DNA of 64,000 nucleotides, taken from NCBI GenBank assembly GCA_964016885.1, contig OZ024742.1:66092001-66156000 (forward strand), given 5' to 3'. How positions within the stretch are numbered: position 1 is the stretch's first letter; each line of letters opens with the position of its first letter. The position numbers were made by a program, and so were the translations under genes. The notes below the pieces were generated by a model that had not been told where the DNA came from, ran no database searches, and saw only the letters and a program-made list of their open reading frames with translations. Origin of the DNA: Eledone cirrhosa (taxonomy: Eukaryota). Positions 30,616-46,677 of this stretch are shown in pieces.

Positions 30616-31284
30616 TGTTTATATATATAAATACATGTGTAATTGATTGTAATGGACTATTTCACAATTAGTTTCGCTAAAGTGAGAAAGGCTCAATGCA
30701 CGCTAAATGTCCTCAGAATATTAGGAATTGAAAAACGAAATACTTCCCCGAAGGTTAACATTCTTACTGTTGAGGAGAGGGAGGGTAGAAGAGCAGAAAT
30801 ATCTAAACTCAAGTAAGCCAAGGTTATCATACTAAAGGAATTTTTTGTTTTATACGCTCGTTTCTATACAGGGGATAATGTTACATGCATATGTAAACAA
30901 AATGTCAATCGGAAACAGTTAACAATTAAAAAATTAACAATTACTTACACAGATTATAAAAAATATAACCTCTGCATATCACCAGCAATTATTAAATGGG
31001 ATCGAATTTATCCAAATACAAATTCCAAGACCATAAGCAGTACCCGATGTTTGTAGAAGTACAAAGGTGTAAATGAGTATGTTATAAGGTTGAAGTAAAA
31101 GGTAGTATATCGTATTATTAATAATAATATTATTATTTCTTGTAATTGTTAGGAAAATGTTTATTGGTGGTAATTCAATAAATATATATGTGTGTGTGTG
31201 CGCATCATATTTATATACATATGTACCTATATGTGTATATATATATATTTATGCTTGCATACTTATATTTATAGCACTAAGAAA

Positions 31285-31362
31285 CTCTTCTTCTTCTTCT
31301 TCTTCTTCTTCTTCTTCTTCTTCTTCTTCTTCTTCTTCTTCTTCTTCTTCTTCTTCTTCTTC
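31285..31362. repeat. (TTC)n microsatellite
   Basis: Direct reading. Confidence 0.97.
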
Positions 31363-31553
31363 CATTTCGCTTTTCATCTCCGAAGACGCTCGTCTGTGTT
31401 AAGTCACGAGCAGAAACACTGGGAACTCACAGTCCAACTGGACGAATGTCACATCGGTACCGTTTGCTGGTGTAATAATTGCATAACAGCTCTAGTGTCA
31501 CTGACATACGTATAATCCAATGAATACGATTATGTAACACTAGTCGTAGCGCT

Positions 31554-31593
<40 letters not shown>

Positions 31594-32219
31594 GCGCGCA
31601 CACACACGCACGTGTATATATGTGTGTGTGCGTGAGTTCCTGTGTCTGTCTCTGTGTGTATATGTGTTCAAAATAAAACACGATGGCTAGATTTCATATT
31701 TTTTTCAATTATGCAGTAGACTTGACACGTATTTTGGTGTTGATGTGGTTACATCATGGTACCATGAGGCAATCGATTTGAAATCCATATGCAAAGCACC
31801 GCAATTTAGTGATACGGTGAAGGACCTAAATTTTGATCTTATTTTGACTGCAAATGAGATTAAGATTTGCATTAGAGTTATAGTTTGCGTTGTTAACTGA
31901 GGTTAAGAAGCGTTTTTTTTTTACTTACCACATTTGCCATGTCAACTTGTCCCTGGTTCTGAAGTTGATTGATCTCTTTAGTGATAAGCACCGCTTTGAT
32001 GTGGCTACAGCAGGCAAGTAACCAAATTTTTATGTTTAGTGGGTCGACTGGCCGCTTGCCATGTGTGGTATGAAGCAGCCAGGCATTAAGTTCATTTGAT
32101 AGTCATTGTCCATTACTTTGAAAATTTAAGGTGGTATACAAAATAATTGTAAGATGGGGACCTTGGGAAATAGTAATTAAATATGAAATAATACAATGTA
32201 TGTAATGATAATAATAATT

Positions 32220-32425
32220 ATTTCTACTTTTAGCACAAGGCCAATAATTTGCTTTTTGGGGAAAGTTGATTAAATCCCCCCCAGAACGTTACTGGTACTA
32301 TATTTTATTAATGCTGTAAGGAAGAAAGGCAAAGTTAACCACGGTGGGATTTCAACTCAGAACGTAAAGAGCCGTAACTATATGCCGTAAATCATATTGC
32401 CCGATGCTCTACCGAAAGTGTCGAA
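32220..32425 (-). mobile_element. Deu/Nin-like tRNA SINE copy
   Basis: Homologous to 11283-11470. Confidence 0.75.
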
Positions 32426-32632
32426 TAATAATAATAGTAACAATAACATGAACAATAATGATAATACATAGGGAGGAGGAAAATAAAGGCCCGTGTTCCC
32501 CTTTGTTTTGACCTCTACATTCGGCCCTTGTGGCTAATAATAAAGAAATTCGGATCTAGCTGACGAAACGGCCGAAGCTCAGCCGTCGGTGTCCTGACTC
32601 TTTTCATATATATATATATATTTATATATATA

Positions 32633-32972
32633 TTTCAAAGAATAGAGGTGTAACACACGAGTTATGATATATTGGTAAAAGGAAAAGAAAATGCTGACAA
32701 ATTGTTCCCAGTGAAAAATAGTTTAATTAGGAATAAGTAAAAATTAGTAATAGTATTGGTTAGTATTCAGTTTTGGTTTTAAGTTTAGAGCAAACATCAC
32801 GGACGCTCTATCTCAAAATTATTTTTGAAAAGCATTAGAAATGCGCAACCGGTAAAACTTAAAACCAAAACTGAATACTAACCAATACTATTACTAATTT
32901 TTACTTATTCCTAATTAAACTATTTTTCACTGGGAACAATTTGTCAGCATTTTCTTTTCCTTTTACCAATAT
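32633..32972. mobile_element. Fold-back element, family F
   Basis: ~120-bp arms 32668-32787 / 32855-32972; spacer contains GAAATGCGCA; short unique extension on the left; in (TA)n. Confidence 0.72.
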
Positions 32973-32984
32973 ATATATATATAT

Positions 32985-33979
<995 letters not shown>

Positions 33980-34440
33980 TTTATATACAATTTAAGCCAG
34001 ACGCCTCTTAAAATTGGTGTTTCTCATTCGCCATACTCACTGAAACATAACATTCCATTTTTTCTTTTCTTTCTTTCATTTTGTAACCATCCATTTTTGA
34101 CGTACAAATGACTATTCCTAATCACGTGAAGAACCACTTTTTCTTGCTCAAAATTTACTGTATCTAATCATGTAACTGCCATCAACCAATAAAATTGAAT
34201 TTCAAACAAACAGCAATCTGACACTCATTTCTCTATAAAACAGAAAGAATGTTCGAACTCCAGTTAGATGCGAGAGATATCACAATAGAAACACAAACTG
34301 TCCATCTTAATTTTCATAATCATAAGAACTGTGAAAAACGCTAAAGTAAAATAAATATTAATAAATAACTCGTTGCATTTTCAAATTATTTTCCATACAC
34401 ACGCACACACACACACCCAAACAAACACACACACATGCAT

Positions 34441-34507
<67 letters not shown>

Positions 34508-35959
34508 TATACACACACACACACACATATATATATATACATATGTATTAATTCAAAGAACAATATGCTCGTTCTTTGAGATGCTAGAAAATATCTTATC
34601 AAATAGGATGGAAACCCCTAAAGTCGTAAAAAAAGCTGATATCAGCCGCTTCGAGGAATCGAGCCTCCTCGTATCTCTCAGTTACCTACACGGTACTTTG
34701 AACCTTCTATATGGTTGAACGCACCTATATCTGGGTGATAATTGATTGGATTTCTCGTAGCGGCCGATGCCAACTTGTTTTTCTGTCTTTAAGTCTCTTT
34801 ACCCTATCTCCGCGTATTAGCATGCCACGTTTTATATTAACTTTATCACATGAGCGCTTCGTAAAAGTCAGAGAGATCAGCTAAGTATATACAGAATTAT
34901 TGTAACATATATACTCATTGTTACAGCTAAACCAGGTCATAGCTAGGCTGAGGGTGCAGTGAAACGACAGTGAATGGTTTTGTGGCTGTATGGGAATCTG
35001 TACAAACTGCAATTTCAAGCCTCTCCATTTAGTTACATTATACCAACTGTTGTTGTTGTTTAGTTATACTTAAACCTAGATGGAATGCAATGATATTCGA
35101 AATCGCCAGTCAACCCTCCATTCTACCATGTTAGCGGTATCCACAATCACAATTTATTGCTATTTGTGGGATATCAGACGACCCAGTATTCTTTCTTGTC
35201 TGCAATATCAATCCTTGCTGTTACTTTCTGTATATCTCTGTTAGTCTCTAAAGCAATGCTGGATCATATCATTAGCTTTTCCTCTGATGTTATACATTTA
35301 ACTGAAATTCTGAAACACTACACAAATTCTGTTGTTTTGTGGGCTGTGTTGCTATTTTCCTTGTCATTGTTGGTAACTTCATGCACGCCACGTCTCTGCA
35401 AACCTATGACCATGCGATCATTTATTCTGATATATAATATCTAGAATACGTTATTAAATTTGAAGTCTCAAGTCTGGACTGCTTTGATATGCATTTAGAA
35501 GTCATTTTCAGAAGGGTCTACCTGAAGGTGTTTGGTTTCTAATTGTAGCAGATAATTCGAGCACTTAGAGTTTCTAAAGTTTCCTAACCGGTGTATGAGT
35601 TTAGTTATAAGGTGTGAACACAACACTCCCACGAAGTGAAACAAAATGATGGTCGAAAGGCAAATTGATCGGAAATATATTAGTTGCAAAAGACGAAACT
35701 TTAATCAGAATAGATAAAATGAATTATTAAAAAACAACAACAAAAAAAACAACAACAATGCAATGGTTTATTGATATTTGGACATCTTTAAATTATTTTA
35801 AAAAAAATATATATATATATCAGAATTAATATATTATATGCATTAATATATTATATTAAATTGGGTTGAAGAAATTAGCCATAAAATGTAGACATTCTCT
35901 TGTCCTTTGAGAAAGATACGCTGTACACACAATAATTAACTGATACTGACTGCTTAAAC

Positions 35960-36419
35960 CAACGTTTCTCAACCAATGTTCCCCGGAATCCTAGGGTTCT
36001 GCGAGAAACGGTGAATTTGGAGTAATTTTTGTTTTATTTTCGTTCTCTTTGTATACATTATACATATGTGATATTAGTTATTTATGTCTATATGTGTGTG
36101 TGTTTATGCTTATATATATATGTGTGCGTGTGTCTGTGTTTACAATTTTTTTGCGTAAGAAAACGTCGGTATGTGGTCTCGTAAATGAGTAGTATGATTC
36201 TTTTTGGCATTACCAATAAGTTTAACAAAAAAGGGGTTAATGTTTTTCCTTAAATCAATTATCCGAAAAAAATATATTTATCACGTGAACTAAGATAAAA
36301 ATATAAATAAGTTAGATATTAATCATGGTATATTATAAAAACTTTTATGCAGGTGGTTTCCCTAAGAGATAAAAAGAATTTGAAGATTTCCACAAGGTTA
36401 AAAAGGTTATGAAACGCTG
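35960..36419. mobile_element. hAT (Charlie-like) MITE
   Basis: TIRs CAACGTTTCTCAACC / GGTTATGAAACGCTG; 8-bp TSD GCTTAAAC / GCTTAAGC. Confidence 0.75.
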
Positions 36420-37517
36420 GCTTAAGCATTAGTAAAGTACTAGAAATCATTGAACTGTTTTAGAGACGTAATTATGTTAGAAATTATCATTGAAATTGTG
36501 ATCGACGGTATGTTGATGAACTCTTATTGCACCACCCCAGGCTATGCAGTAGTAGATGACGTTTGAAGGTAACTGAAATCACGTGCTTGCATTGCATCTT
36601 TCTTAACCACGCAACAGCTCCTGTGCCTATGTTAAACGAAATAATGAACATTTTCTTATTTGAGTAGGTTCTCTATTTGATTTGTGCATTCTGTTTTAAA
36701 CATGAGTGATTACTATTCTAGAAAATTATAAGATTTAGGTTCAAGATTTACGATGGGAGTTTAGCTTTGGACTAGAATTTAGGCATTAGGGTGATAATTA
36801 GTTTAGTGTTTGGAATTAAACTTTACGGATTAGAGTCTAGGGTTTACGGATGTGAATGAAGATTCAGGATTTAGGGTTAGGTTAATCGTACAAGATCTTG
36901 AACAAACAGACTATAAAAAATATCTCCTCGTTTCTCCGAAACGAACGTACAGATTAACGGTGTGCGATTGGTTATTGATACCCGAATCATATATTTTATA
37001 TATGGTGTATATCAATATAAATTTGACGTATTTTGTATTTTGTATTAAAATTCTCACGGATAAAATGTTTATGGTGTTTTATTGAAAGAAAACATATAAA
37101 AGTTAATGAACTAACACTTGTATATCTATGGTATCGACATTGTAATTGAAATAATAAATTCATACATGATTACCATGTTTCTCACTTTAAAAACATCGGC
37201 CACGAACTTGAGTGCCATATTTCCCAAGAAACATCTTGTATACTCTCGGGAGAATTTAAATGTTTCTATGTGTGCATTGATGAGTTTAGTTGTTTGCAAG
37301 TGTTTGTGTGTGAGTATTGATGTCTGTAAACGTACGTCTATGTACGTACCACTGAGTTACTGTCTGTCTGTATAACACTGACAATATTTCTGTGTCTGTG
37401 TGTTCGTATCTATATGTATTTGTGTGTATATGTATCTTTTCTTGCTAAGTTAGAATATTTTCTCATGCATCTCTATCTATCTTTGTTTTTGTATGCCTGT
37501 TTATGTTTCATCGGTGC

Positions 37518-37595
<78 letters not shown>

Positions 37596-38174
37596 CTTTA
37601 TCATTTTGCACGCATGTGAACGTGTGTCTGTATCTGCATGTGTGTTTGCGCGTCAGTATACTCACGTATGTTTGTGTATGTTTACGTAATTGTTTATATG
37701 TCTGTATTATGTATATCCACAATTGTTACAAGTCTGTGCTACGGATATCCTTATGAAATAGTATGTGTTTATATGCATATTTATCTGTTTATGGATGCAT
37801 CGGTATGTAACAAGCATGAGCTGGCACGTTTTTCTTTGTTTTATTTTTAAAGCTATATCTACAGTAGTTTGTATATAAGTATGTTGTTATGTTTGAATAA
37901 GTATGAGTTTTGTTGAGGCCTAAGTCCGTTCTGATGAAGCAGACCTGCAATCAAATATGTCCGAACAAAGACGGTCCAGACACTATTTTATATTAAAGAA
38001 ATAAGCATGTATGTTTGTACAACCACGTGATTCTGAGATCAATCTCGCTTCATGGCACCTTTAGAAAGTATCTTCCACTTTAGTCTCGGGTTCACCAATG
38101 CAATATTATTGGAATTTTGTAGCCTTTCCCGCTCTCCCGTTTCTCTCTCTTTCTCTGTTTCTCTCTCTCTCTGC

Positions 38175-38208
<34 letters not shown>

Positions 38209-39236
38209 GTAATAATAATAATAATAATAAATGTGAGGGGGCAAACCAACATTTGTTGATTCTTAAAGGAGCATAAATTGCTTATGGTACCTTTCCCGGA
38301 CCCTATCACAGTAACATTTTACCCTAATCAAATTTTATATATTTCAATGAAGTTCAGATATAAAAAGAATAAGCTTCAAAAGAATTTATTATATCAAATA
38401 AACCAAAAATAAAATATAGACGTTTGAAAAAGTGTGTGGGGGTGGGGGGACTTCTCCCCTGGTACCCCCCTGAAACAAGGCCCTTGCATGTGTGCTTGTG
38501 TGCATATGTGTGTTTATGTCTTTATCTCCCGTAAATTAGTCAATCATAAAATCGAAGTCGTTAAAATAACTATCAATCGAAAATAAGTAAGAGGTCGATA
38601 GGATCAACACAAATTAATAGGCTACGTTATCAAATGTGTCTTGCATTTCTTTTTTAAAATGGCCGGGAAATGGTGACCATAAGCTCCTTTCTTACGTGTG
38701 CATATGTATGTGTTTATAATGGTTGAGTAAATATATGCATTATGTACATTTGTGAATGCGTGTAGCATTCATTGGTATTTGTGTGTGTGTTGTGTGACGT
38801 ATATGTGAATGTATTTGTGTTTATGGATGCGTATCGCTGTGTATTTAACAATCTGTACATTTGTCTGTCTCTCTCTATATATAAAAGTATGTGTGTTGGT
38901 ATGTGCCCTGGTATCTATTTGTGTGTGCGTTGAAAAAATGTATGAATGTGTGTTGGTGTGCAAATATGTGTTTGATTGCGTGTTGATGTATTGGTCCGAT
39001 AGCTAGTATATTTTGTCTGTGTGTCTGTTTCATTATGCGGGTCATTATATGTCTGTGTGTGCGTTATAGTATCATTGTGTTACAAGATATAATGTGAATT
39101 TTTGTGTGTTTGCGTGTGCGGGCCTAAGCGTGTGCATGAAAATCTGTATGAATGGACATTCTACGTGGTATGTGTGCACGTGTATATGTACATGTGTATA
39201 TGCTGAGCTTACGCACTGAGAATCTACGTCTGTGCG

Positions 39237-39318
<82 letters not shown>

Positions 39319-39867
39319 TTATATAAAGAGAGAGAGAGAGAGAAGGAGAGAGAGAAAGTTAGAGAGGGGGAGAGAGGGGGAGAAAGAGAAGGTGTGAGGG
39401 AGATAATCAAAAAGAATCAATATTGGCAATTAATATTCTCGCGCTCTATGTGTCTATGTCTTTATAGATAGAAATATAGAATAGATGTTTAAGAAAAGAA
39501 GAAATAAGTGAAACAGCATATACTACAAATTAAGATGATAGAATAGATTTCTTAAATCATTTAATAGCTTTACAAATGTTTAGATACAAGTTCTTTAACT
39601 CTTACTTATGTTACTACCAAATAGAAATAAAGGTGTATCTTTTCGAAGATAGAATAACCTCTTCCTTTGAGCTTGCTCTTCTCTAGGTCATTGTTTTATT
39701 TTTTTTACATTGCCTTTGAAGGTGCACAATTTTTGATGATGCTTTGTTATATTCTATATATTTCACACTTTAATTTGATTTCACAGTAATTTAATAATCA
39801 TATGTAAGATAATTAATGATTTAAGAAATATATTCTCTCGTCTAGATTTATTATATTATATTATATC

Positions 39868-40050
39868 CTATTGGATTGGCAGAATCGGTAGAGCGTTGGA
39901 CACCATGCTTTGTAGCATAGAGTTATAGCCCTTTACAGTGTGAGTTCAAATGCCGCCGAGGTTAACTATACCTTTCATCCTTACGGGGTAGATCAAATAA
40001 AGTACCAGTAATGTACTGCGGTAATTGCTGGCCTTGTGCCAGGGAAAGTC
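39868..40050 (+). mobile_element. Deu/Nin-like tRNA SINE copy
   Basis: TTGGCAGAATCGGTAGAGCG...GAGTTCAAATGCC...CCTTTCATCCTTACGGGGTAGATC. Confidence 0.8.
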
Positions 40051-41489
40051 AAATATTATCTGCAATTTCGACTAAATCTTCATTAGGTCGGTCGCACTGC
40101 CTTCAGTGCTCGCCTGGTATTCTTGTGTTTACGCAATCGGGGTTTGACATTGATGCCTACAGTTCTCTTTTTTTGTGTTACAGAATAAGAATAGCCGTTC
40201 CATGGCAGTATGCACGAAGGAAGATCAGAGATCAGTGATCCGATTTCTCTGGTGTGGAATTAGGCGTTCAGTATAATACAAATACAACTCTCAACCACAT
40301 AGATGTATGTATGAGTGGATCGAGAAGTTAATGATCGGAAAAGTGTGAATTACGAAGTGGGAGAATGATGCCCGTTAATCTCTCAACTGATCAGAAGGTT
40401 CAAGCTCGAGAGATGGTTCTCGCGAATTGACGAATGATCCTCGATGAGGTGGCGTGTATATATATATATATAGATACACACGAAGATCCTTTCGGTCACA
40501 AATAACCTAGAGTTCAATAGTCACAAGTCCGGGCCAGATTGTTTGTGAATGTCCAACAGTTGCCCATGCATAGCAGTATTACCTCTCCGCGCCATCGATG
40601 TTGAACGAGGGATAGGCAATGGACGATACCGCTTGGCACCCGTGACGTCGTGACTCATTTTCACAGCTGAGTAAACTGGATCACAGCTTAAAACCCATTT
40701 GAAGACATATATATATGTTTATGATACATAAACATGTTGTATATACCTTCATATACACCTCAACTATGAATCACCGTATCATATATATATATATATATAT
40801 ATGGGATAACAAGTTATCGATTTAGTTAATCCGGTTATATATGTATATGGGGTAGAATTGTTTTATTGCGTGTGATTATGTGTGAATGTGCGTGAGATAT
40901 TTTTCTTTGAAATGTGTCAACTAACAAGAAAATGATAGGCTAGCTGTATTGTTAACTATATAAGTAGACCGTTGCAAAAATAGCTAGATTAGTAGATAAA
41001 CATAATTAGAAGATAGATTAGCAGAGAAACAGAGAAACAGTTATTTAAAGAAATAAATTGTTTGATACATTTTTATACAGAGAGAATTTGCAAAAAGATT
41101 GACAGACAGATAGACAATCATCCATTATAGATACATTTAGAGATAGACGGATATACTTATGGATAGATAGATGGATGTATAGACAGACAGCTCGACAGAA
41201 ATCTAATTGCCAGAGTGATGACTTTCTCAGCTGAAATAGTTTAAAGCATTTTAAGTTCAAAAAGATAAATTCTGATTGAAGATAATTTGTTCAAAGAGCG
41301 ACCAAATATACCAGTGGGCTCACGTTTGATTCAGTCCTTTTTGTCATCGTAGACTATACCGCAATTCTCTTTTTCCCTCTGTGTGTGTGTGTATGCATGT
41401 ATCTATATATGTATATGTGTATGCATGTATGTATGTATGTATACCCTCACACACACACACACACACACATATATGTATATATATATATA

Positions 41490-41670
41490 TACGATATTAA
41501 TAAATGGAAACTATATTTATAAAACCATATTTATTTCATTATACATATTTCAGGGATACCAAATTAAAATATGGTATGCCTTCATCAGACAAAATACAAT
41601 ATATAAACAGTTTTATAAATAATTTTGACGTATCCTATTAAATGCAACCATTATTTTTGGAAGCTGTCTG
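41490..41670 (-). mobile_element. Family C single arm with hammerhead
   Basis: Homologous to 22460-22630; minus-strand CTGATGA-AGGCATACC..GGTATCCCT-GAAA-TATGTATA. Confidence 0.72.
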
Positions 41671-41971
41671 GAGAGTGAAATGTTTTTATTATTTTATTAG
41701 TTATAGTGTTAAGCACAATTAGAAAAAGACGGAGAGAAATAAAGAAAAAACAGAGAGAGAGAAGGAGAAAAAAGGATGCACATACTTTCCCCGAAATAAA
41801 ATTATCTAGAGACATAATTCAATTGTATGTAACGACCCAAACATGTGTACATAATTTAAATAATGCATATAAAATAGAATTTATTTTAATGCACTATATG
41901 AAGATTTATTTTGTATACAATTTATAGGGACACACTGTGTGTGTTTATATATATATATATATATACATATA

Positions 41972-42297
41972 ATTGTTTCTACTCTTGGCACAAGGCCAGC
42001 AATTACCCAGTGCATTACTGGTACTTTATTTTATCGACCGAGAAAGGATGAAAGGCAAAGTTTACCTTGGCGGGATTGAAACTCAGATCATAAAGTGGCA
42101 TAACTCTGTGCTGCAAAGCATAGCGTCCGACCCTCTACCGATACTGCCAATCCAACGCCCATATATATATAATTGTTTATATTTTTGGTGCAAGGCCAAT
42201 TACCTTGGCGGGATTGAAACTCAGATCATAAAGAGACGTAACTCTATGCTTCAAAGCATGGTGTCCGACTCTCTACCGATACTGCCAATCCACCGTT
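41972..42297 (-). mobile_element. Deu/Nin-like SINE plus an internally deleted tandem copy
   Basis: Two adjacent copies of GGCGGGATTGAAACTCAGATCATAAAG...CCGATACTGCCAATCCA. Confidence 0.8.
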
Positions 42298-42544
42298 ACT
42301 TGATAAGACCAGTAAGATTGTTATTCATTTAAATAATTTCTACTTCAGTTTTATATTGCTTAGCGAAACGTACTTCAGAAACACCAAGTTATCTATATAT
42401 ATACATTATGGCTGCAAACTCTGCTAAGGGTACTGCAATCGCTTGTCAGATTATAGAGTTTGGTGCACTTTTAAGCTACGGCCAGCCACACGAAACTGTA
42501 ACATATCCTAAACAAGCAATGCCTATGGTTTGAAGATCTTTTAA

Positions 42545-42922
42545 GTGGAGAAAGCCCTTGCACTCGACCAATCCCTCTCTCTGAGCATCGAAAACACCAC
42601 CCGAAAAAGAGAACTGGTCAACATCAACGGATGCTTTCGAAACCGCAGGGTTTTTTTCAGAGATTCCCTCTCCTAGAAAGGTGTTGTGCCAACAACTGGA
42701 GGTCTTTCACTCCCACGTGAAAAAAAAAGTACTATTTGGATGGCCGTTGTCTCTGGTGAGTTCCTCCGCCCTTTGCAGGGTCTTGTATTTCATACCTCCT
42801 TAGCAAGCAAGCTTGGTGGGGATGCCGGTTTAGTCTCCGACGATCCGACCATGACATACATACATACATTCATACATACATACATTCATACATACATACA
42901 TTCATACATACATACATTCATA
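42545..42922 (-). mobile_element. RTE-5'UTR-like non-autonomous repeat next to (CATA)n
   Basis: Similar to 54575-54760 and 56785-56950 (TGCAC..CCA.TCC..CTCT...CAACATCA...CAGAG.TT.CC.TCTCCTAGAA). Confidence 0.55.
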
Positions 42923-43008
42923 CAAGATGATGAGGGCTGCCCCCTCGTTATCGAGTATGGCCATTGCACGAGACCCCCCCCCCTCAAAAAAACATCATAA
43001 TAATAATG

Positions 43009-43043
<35 letters not shown>

Positions 43044-43044
<1 letters not shown>

Positions 43045-46000
43045 TCCCTAAGATTCAGAACTCCAAACAGAACCAAAAGATAATACACAAGACTAACATA
43101 ATTCTCAAAAACATTATCATCACAAACAAACTAAACATTACTGATTTAAATCATCTCTATTATGCATCGGCTAAAGTCACCACTCACTTATGTGGAGTGA
43201 AAATGAAAGAACAAAGGAATTCCCACAAGAAATCTACTTGACAAGAGAACATCAATCGCCAAATAAACCTTCTCCGATCTGACATAGAAATTTTAACAAA
43301 CTACAAAGTAGGTGAACATGTTAAACAAACTAAACTTAGAAAAGTGAAAAGAAAATACAGTATAAAATCAACAAGTGACATAGACATGCTGATAGAAATA
43401 ATCAAGCAAAAAGTGTCGGCCAAAGCTGCTCGTATAAGGCGCTTTGAAAAACGATCTAGATTCTATAAGGACAATAATATGTTCAAAAACAACCAAAGAA
43501 ACTTCTACAGAAAAATTGGCAAGTCAGCAATAACTGCTAAATCAATACCACCCAAGGTGGTATTGATTTCTGGGAAAAGATCTGGGCGGAAGAAAAAGTT
43601 CATAACATACATGCCTCATGGACAGACAGACAAATGAAAGATACAGCTCACCTTTAGGAACAAATATGGGAAAATATAACAGTTGAACAGTTGCGTTTGG
43701 CTCTTAGAAAAACCATCAAATGGAAATCCCCAGGAAAAGAGAAAATACCAAATGTTTGGATAAATGCATTCACAGAGTCTCACAAAATGAAATAGTTAAG
43801 GAGCCAGAAAAGATACCATCATGGCTAGTTAACTGCATTATATTCCTGCTTCCGAAGAATGATGAGACTGTAGCGACCTACATTCCGCGGGCTCACACAC
43901 ATTCTCTGTGCGTGATTTGGCTCAGCTCAGCCAATCAGCGCCAGTAGAAGAGGATGTATCCCTATGCGTTCTGAGGGAGAAATAGCCCGCAAAGATTTGA
44001 GGACGCTATCACTTCCAGCTCGACCGTGCCCAGGTAAACACCACTTGTTCTTTTGCTCCGCCAGCACAAACAATATGTAACGACACAACAATTTTACTAC
44101 GGCATTGGCTAAACGCCTCAGCCAGTCGACCGTATTTTCTCTGTAATCTTAATTGATTTGTTTTATTTCTTTTGGTATGCCAGCTCAACCTCCGTTAATA
44201 AATATTGTAAAACCAAGCTAAAGTCGTTGTCGATATTCCTATCATATCTTTCTACCAAACATGGTTCCTCGTGGCGACATTACCAACTTCTAAAATATAC
44301 CTCAACCGAATTGATGACAACATCTTTACACCAAAAGACAAACAATCCCAAAAATTACAGACCGATAACTTGCTTGACAACAATGTATAAAATTTTAACA
44401 TCAGTCCTCACTGAATATATATATGACCACCTGATAACAAATGACCTATTTCCCAATGAGCAGAAAGGGTGTAAACGAGGCTCATATGGCTGTAAGGATC
44501 AGCTTTTGGTTAACAAAATGATATTGGAAGATTGTCATAATAGACACAAAAATCTATCAATTGCTTGGATAGATTATAAAAAAGCATTCGATAGTTTGCC
44601 ACACAGTTGGATTGAAAAATGTTGAGAGATTTTCAAAATATCTCCCGTTGTCAGGAAGTTCTTGTCATTCAGTGTGAAGACATGGAAAACGACACTCCTT
44701 TTGAATAGTGAAACAAAATCACTGGAAGCTGGAGAAGTTAATATTAATTGTGGAATTTTTCAGGGTGACTCTTTATCACCGCTTTTATTCTGCATCGCAC
44801 TTATACCATTAAGTAAAATGCTTAATGAAACAAAACATGGAAATAAAGTCTATGACAAAACCATTAATCACTTGTTCTACATGGATGACCTGAAACTATT
44901 TGCAAAAAATGATGAACAATTGCAAGGACTATTATACACTGTGGAGCAGTTCAGTGATGACGTTAAAATGGAGTTTGGACTAGATAAATGCGCCAAAGCA
45001 ACGTTCACCAGACGAAAGCTGCTGAAAAGTTCAGACATTAATCTTGATCGGGGGAATGTGATAAGCGAACTTGATCAAGAGGAAACTTACAAATATCTAG
45101 GTGTTTGTGAAGGAGACGGAATGAAGCACTCGACAATGAGGGAAAGGATAAGGAAGGAATGTTACCGCAGAGTAAGAGCAATCTTAAGAACGGAATTGAA
45201 TGCAAGGAATAGGATCGATGCCATAAACACGCTTTCCAAACCAGTAGTAACCTACAGTTACAATGTCAACTGGTCAAGCACAGAGATCCGTAGGCTCGAT
45301 ACAAAAATTCGAAAATTCTTAACCATGCACAGAATGCATCACCCTAAGGCAGATACAGATAGAATATATCTCCCTAGGAAAGAAGGAGGACATGGGTTAA
45401 TCCAGTTAGATATTGCGTTGAAAACTGCAACAATTGGATTATCTACATATCTAAGGGAATCACATGTTTAGATGATCAAACTCGTTTTGAATCACGAAAG
45501 CATCAAAAGATCATACTCCATTAGGAAAGATGCACAAAGATACAGTAATGGACTACAAATTTCAGAAGTCCCATTTACTGCTGAAATGGAAAACACAGAA
45601 AAAGCAAAGCAGGTAAAAGTAACTGCAAAGAAAGAACTGCTACAGAAACTGGCTAAGAAATGGCAAGAAAAGCCTCTGTATGGAAAATACCCAGAAAGAG
45701 CTCACAATCCTGATGTTGACAAAACTTTAACCCATCAGTGGTTGGCAACCTCTGGACTGAAATCGGAGACTGAAGGACTGATTATATCAGCACAAGATCA
45801 GTGTCTGCCAACAAAAAATTACCAAGCCAATATAATAAAAAATGGATGCAACCCATTATGCTGTGTATGTAAAAAACAACCAGAGACCATTGATCATATA
45901 ATTTCAATGTGCAGTCCTATAGCTTCAACCGAAAACCTAAACAGGCATGACAGAGCTGCACAATACATACATTGGATAATGTGTAAGCATTTTGACCTGC

Positions 46001-46566
46001 CCCATCAAAAGAATTGGTGGGAGCATCAACCACCTCCCATACTTGAAAAAGATCACAACTCAATCTTGTGGAACTTTAGCATCCAAACAGACCGAAAAAT
46101 AGATGCAAATAGACCTGATAATACTGAAGGACTTTAAAAAGAGGGTATGCCTGCTAATTGATATGTCCGTTCCAATAGACAAGAATGTATCTATAAAAAC
46201 ATTTGAAAAATTGAGCAAGTATAAGGACCTGGAGATAGAAATTGGAAAAATGCGGAAATTAACAACTAAAACAATACCAGTGGTTGTGGGCGCTCTAGGA
46301 ATGATACCTAAGGGGTCTAATGATTACTTACCGAAAATCCCAGGAAACTCGCGTATAGAGAAATACAAAAGATAGTAATAATGGGAACTGCCCATATACT
46401 AAGGAAGATTCTGTCAATATAAGTACATCACAAGTCTAAACACCTAAAGATGCATGTGTGTGTATGTATGTTCTTTCTTGAACATGGCGGACCTTGTTTT
46501 CTCTTGAGGTCACTGGTTGTGACTTGGTGATAACTCGTATGAACATAAAGAAAAATAAATGCAACT
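43044..46566 (+). mobile_element. R4/Dong-clade RLE non-LTR retrotransposon, 5'-truncated, decayed
   Basis: NYRPITCL, WIDYKKAFDS, GIFQGDSLSP, HLFYMDDLKL, CCVC..ETIDHIISMC, RHD, RPD, LIDMSVP, EKLSKY; several stops and frameshifts; (AAT)n on both sides. Confidence 0.93.
43869..44335 (+). mobile_element. 467-bp insertion, solo-LTR-like, inside the R4 RT
   Basis: Splits LLPKNDE|TNNPKNYRP; AGAC duplicated on both sides; starts TGTAG, contains AATAAA, and has TTTACA 5 bp before its end. Confidence 0.6.
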
Positions 46567-46677
46567 ATAATAATAATAAAAATAATAATAACGACAACAA
46601 CAACAACAATGATAATATATATATATATACACACACACATAAACATATCTACACACACACACGCACACGATAGCAAT

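Noticed and set aside
36730-36890. Interstitial telomere
   Set aside because: Only scattered degenerate TTAGGG-like units; no true array
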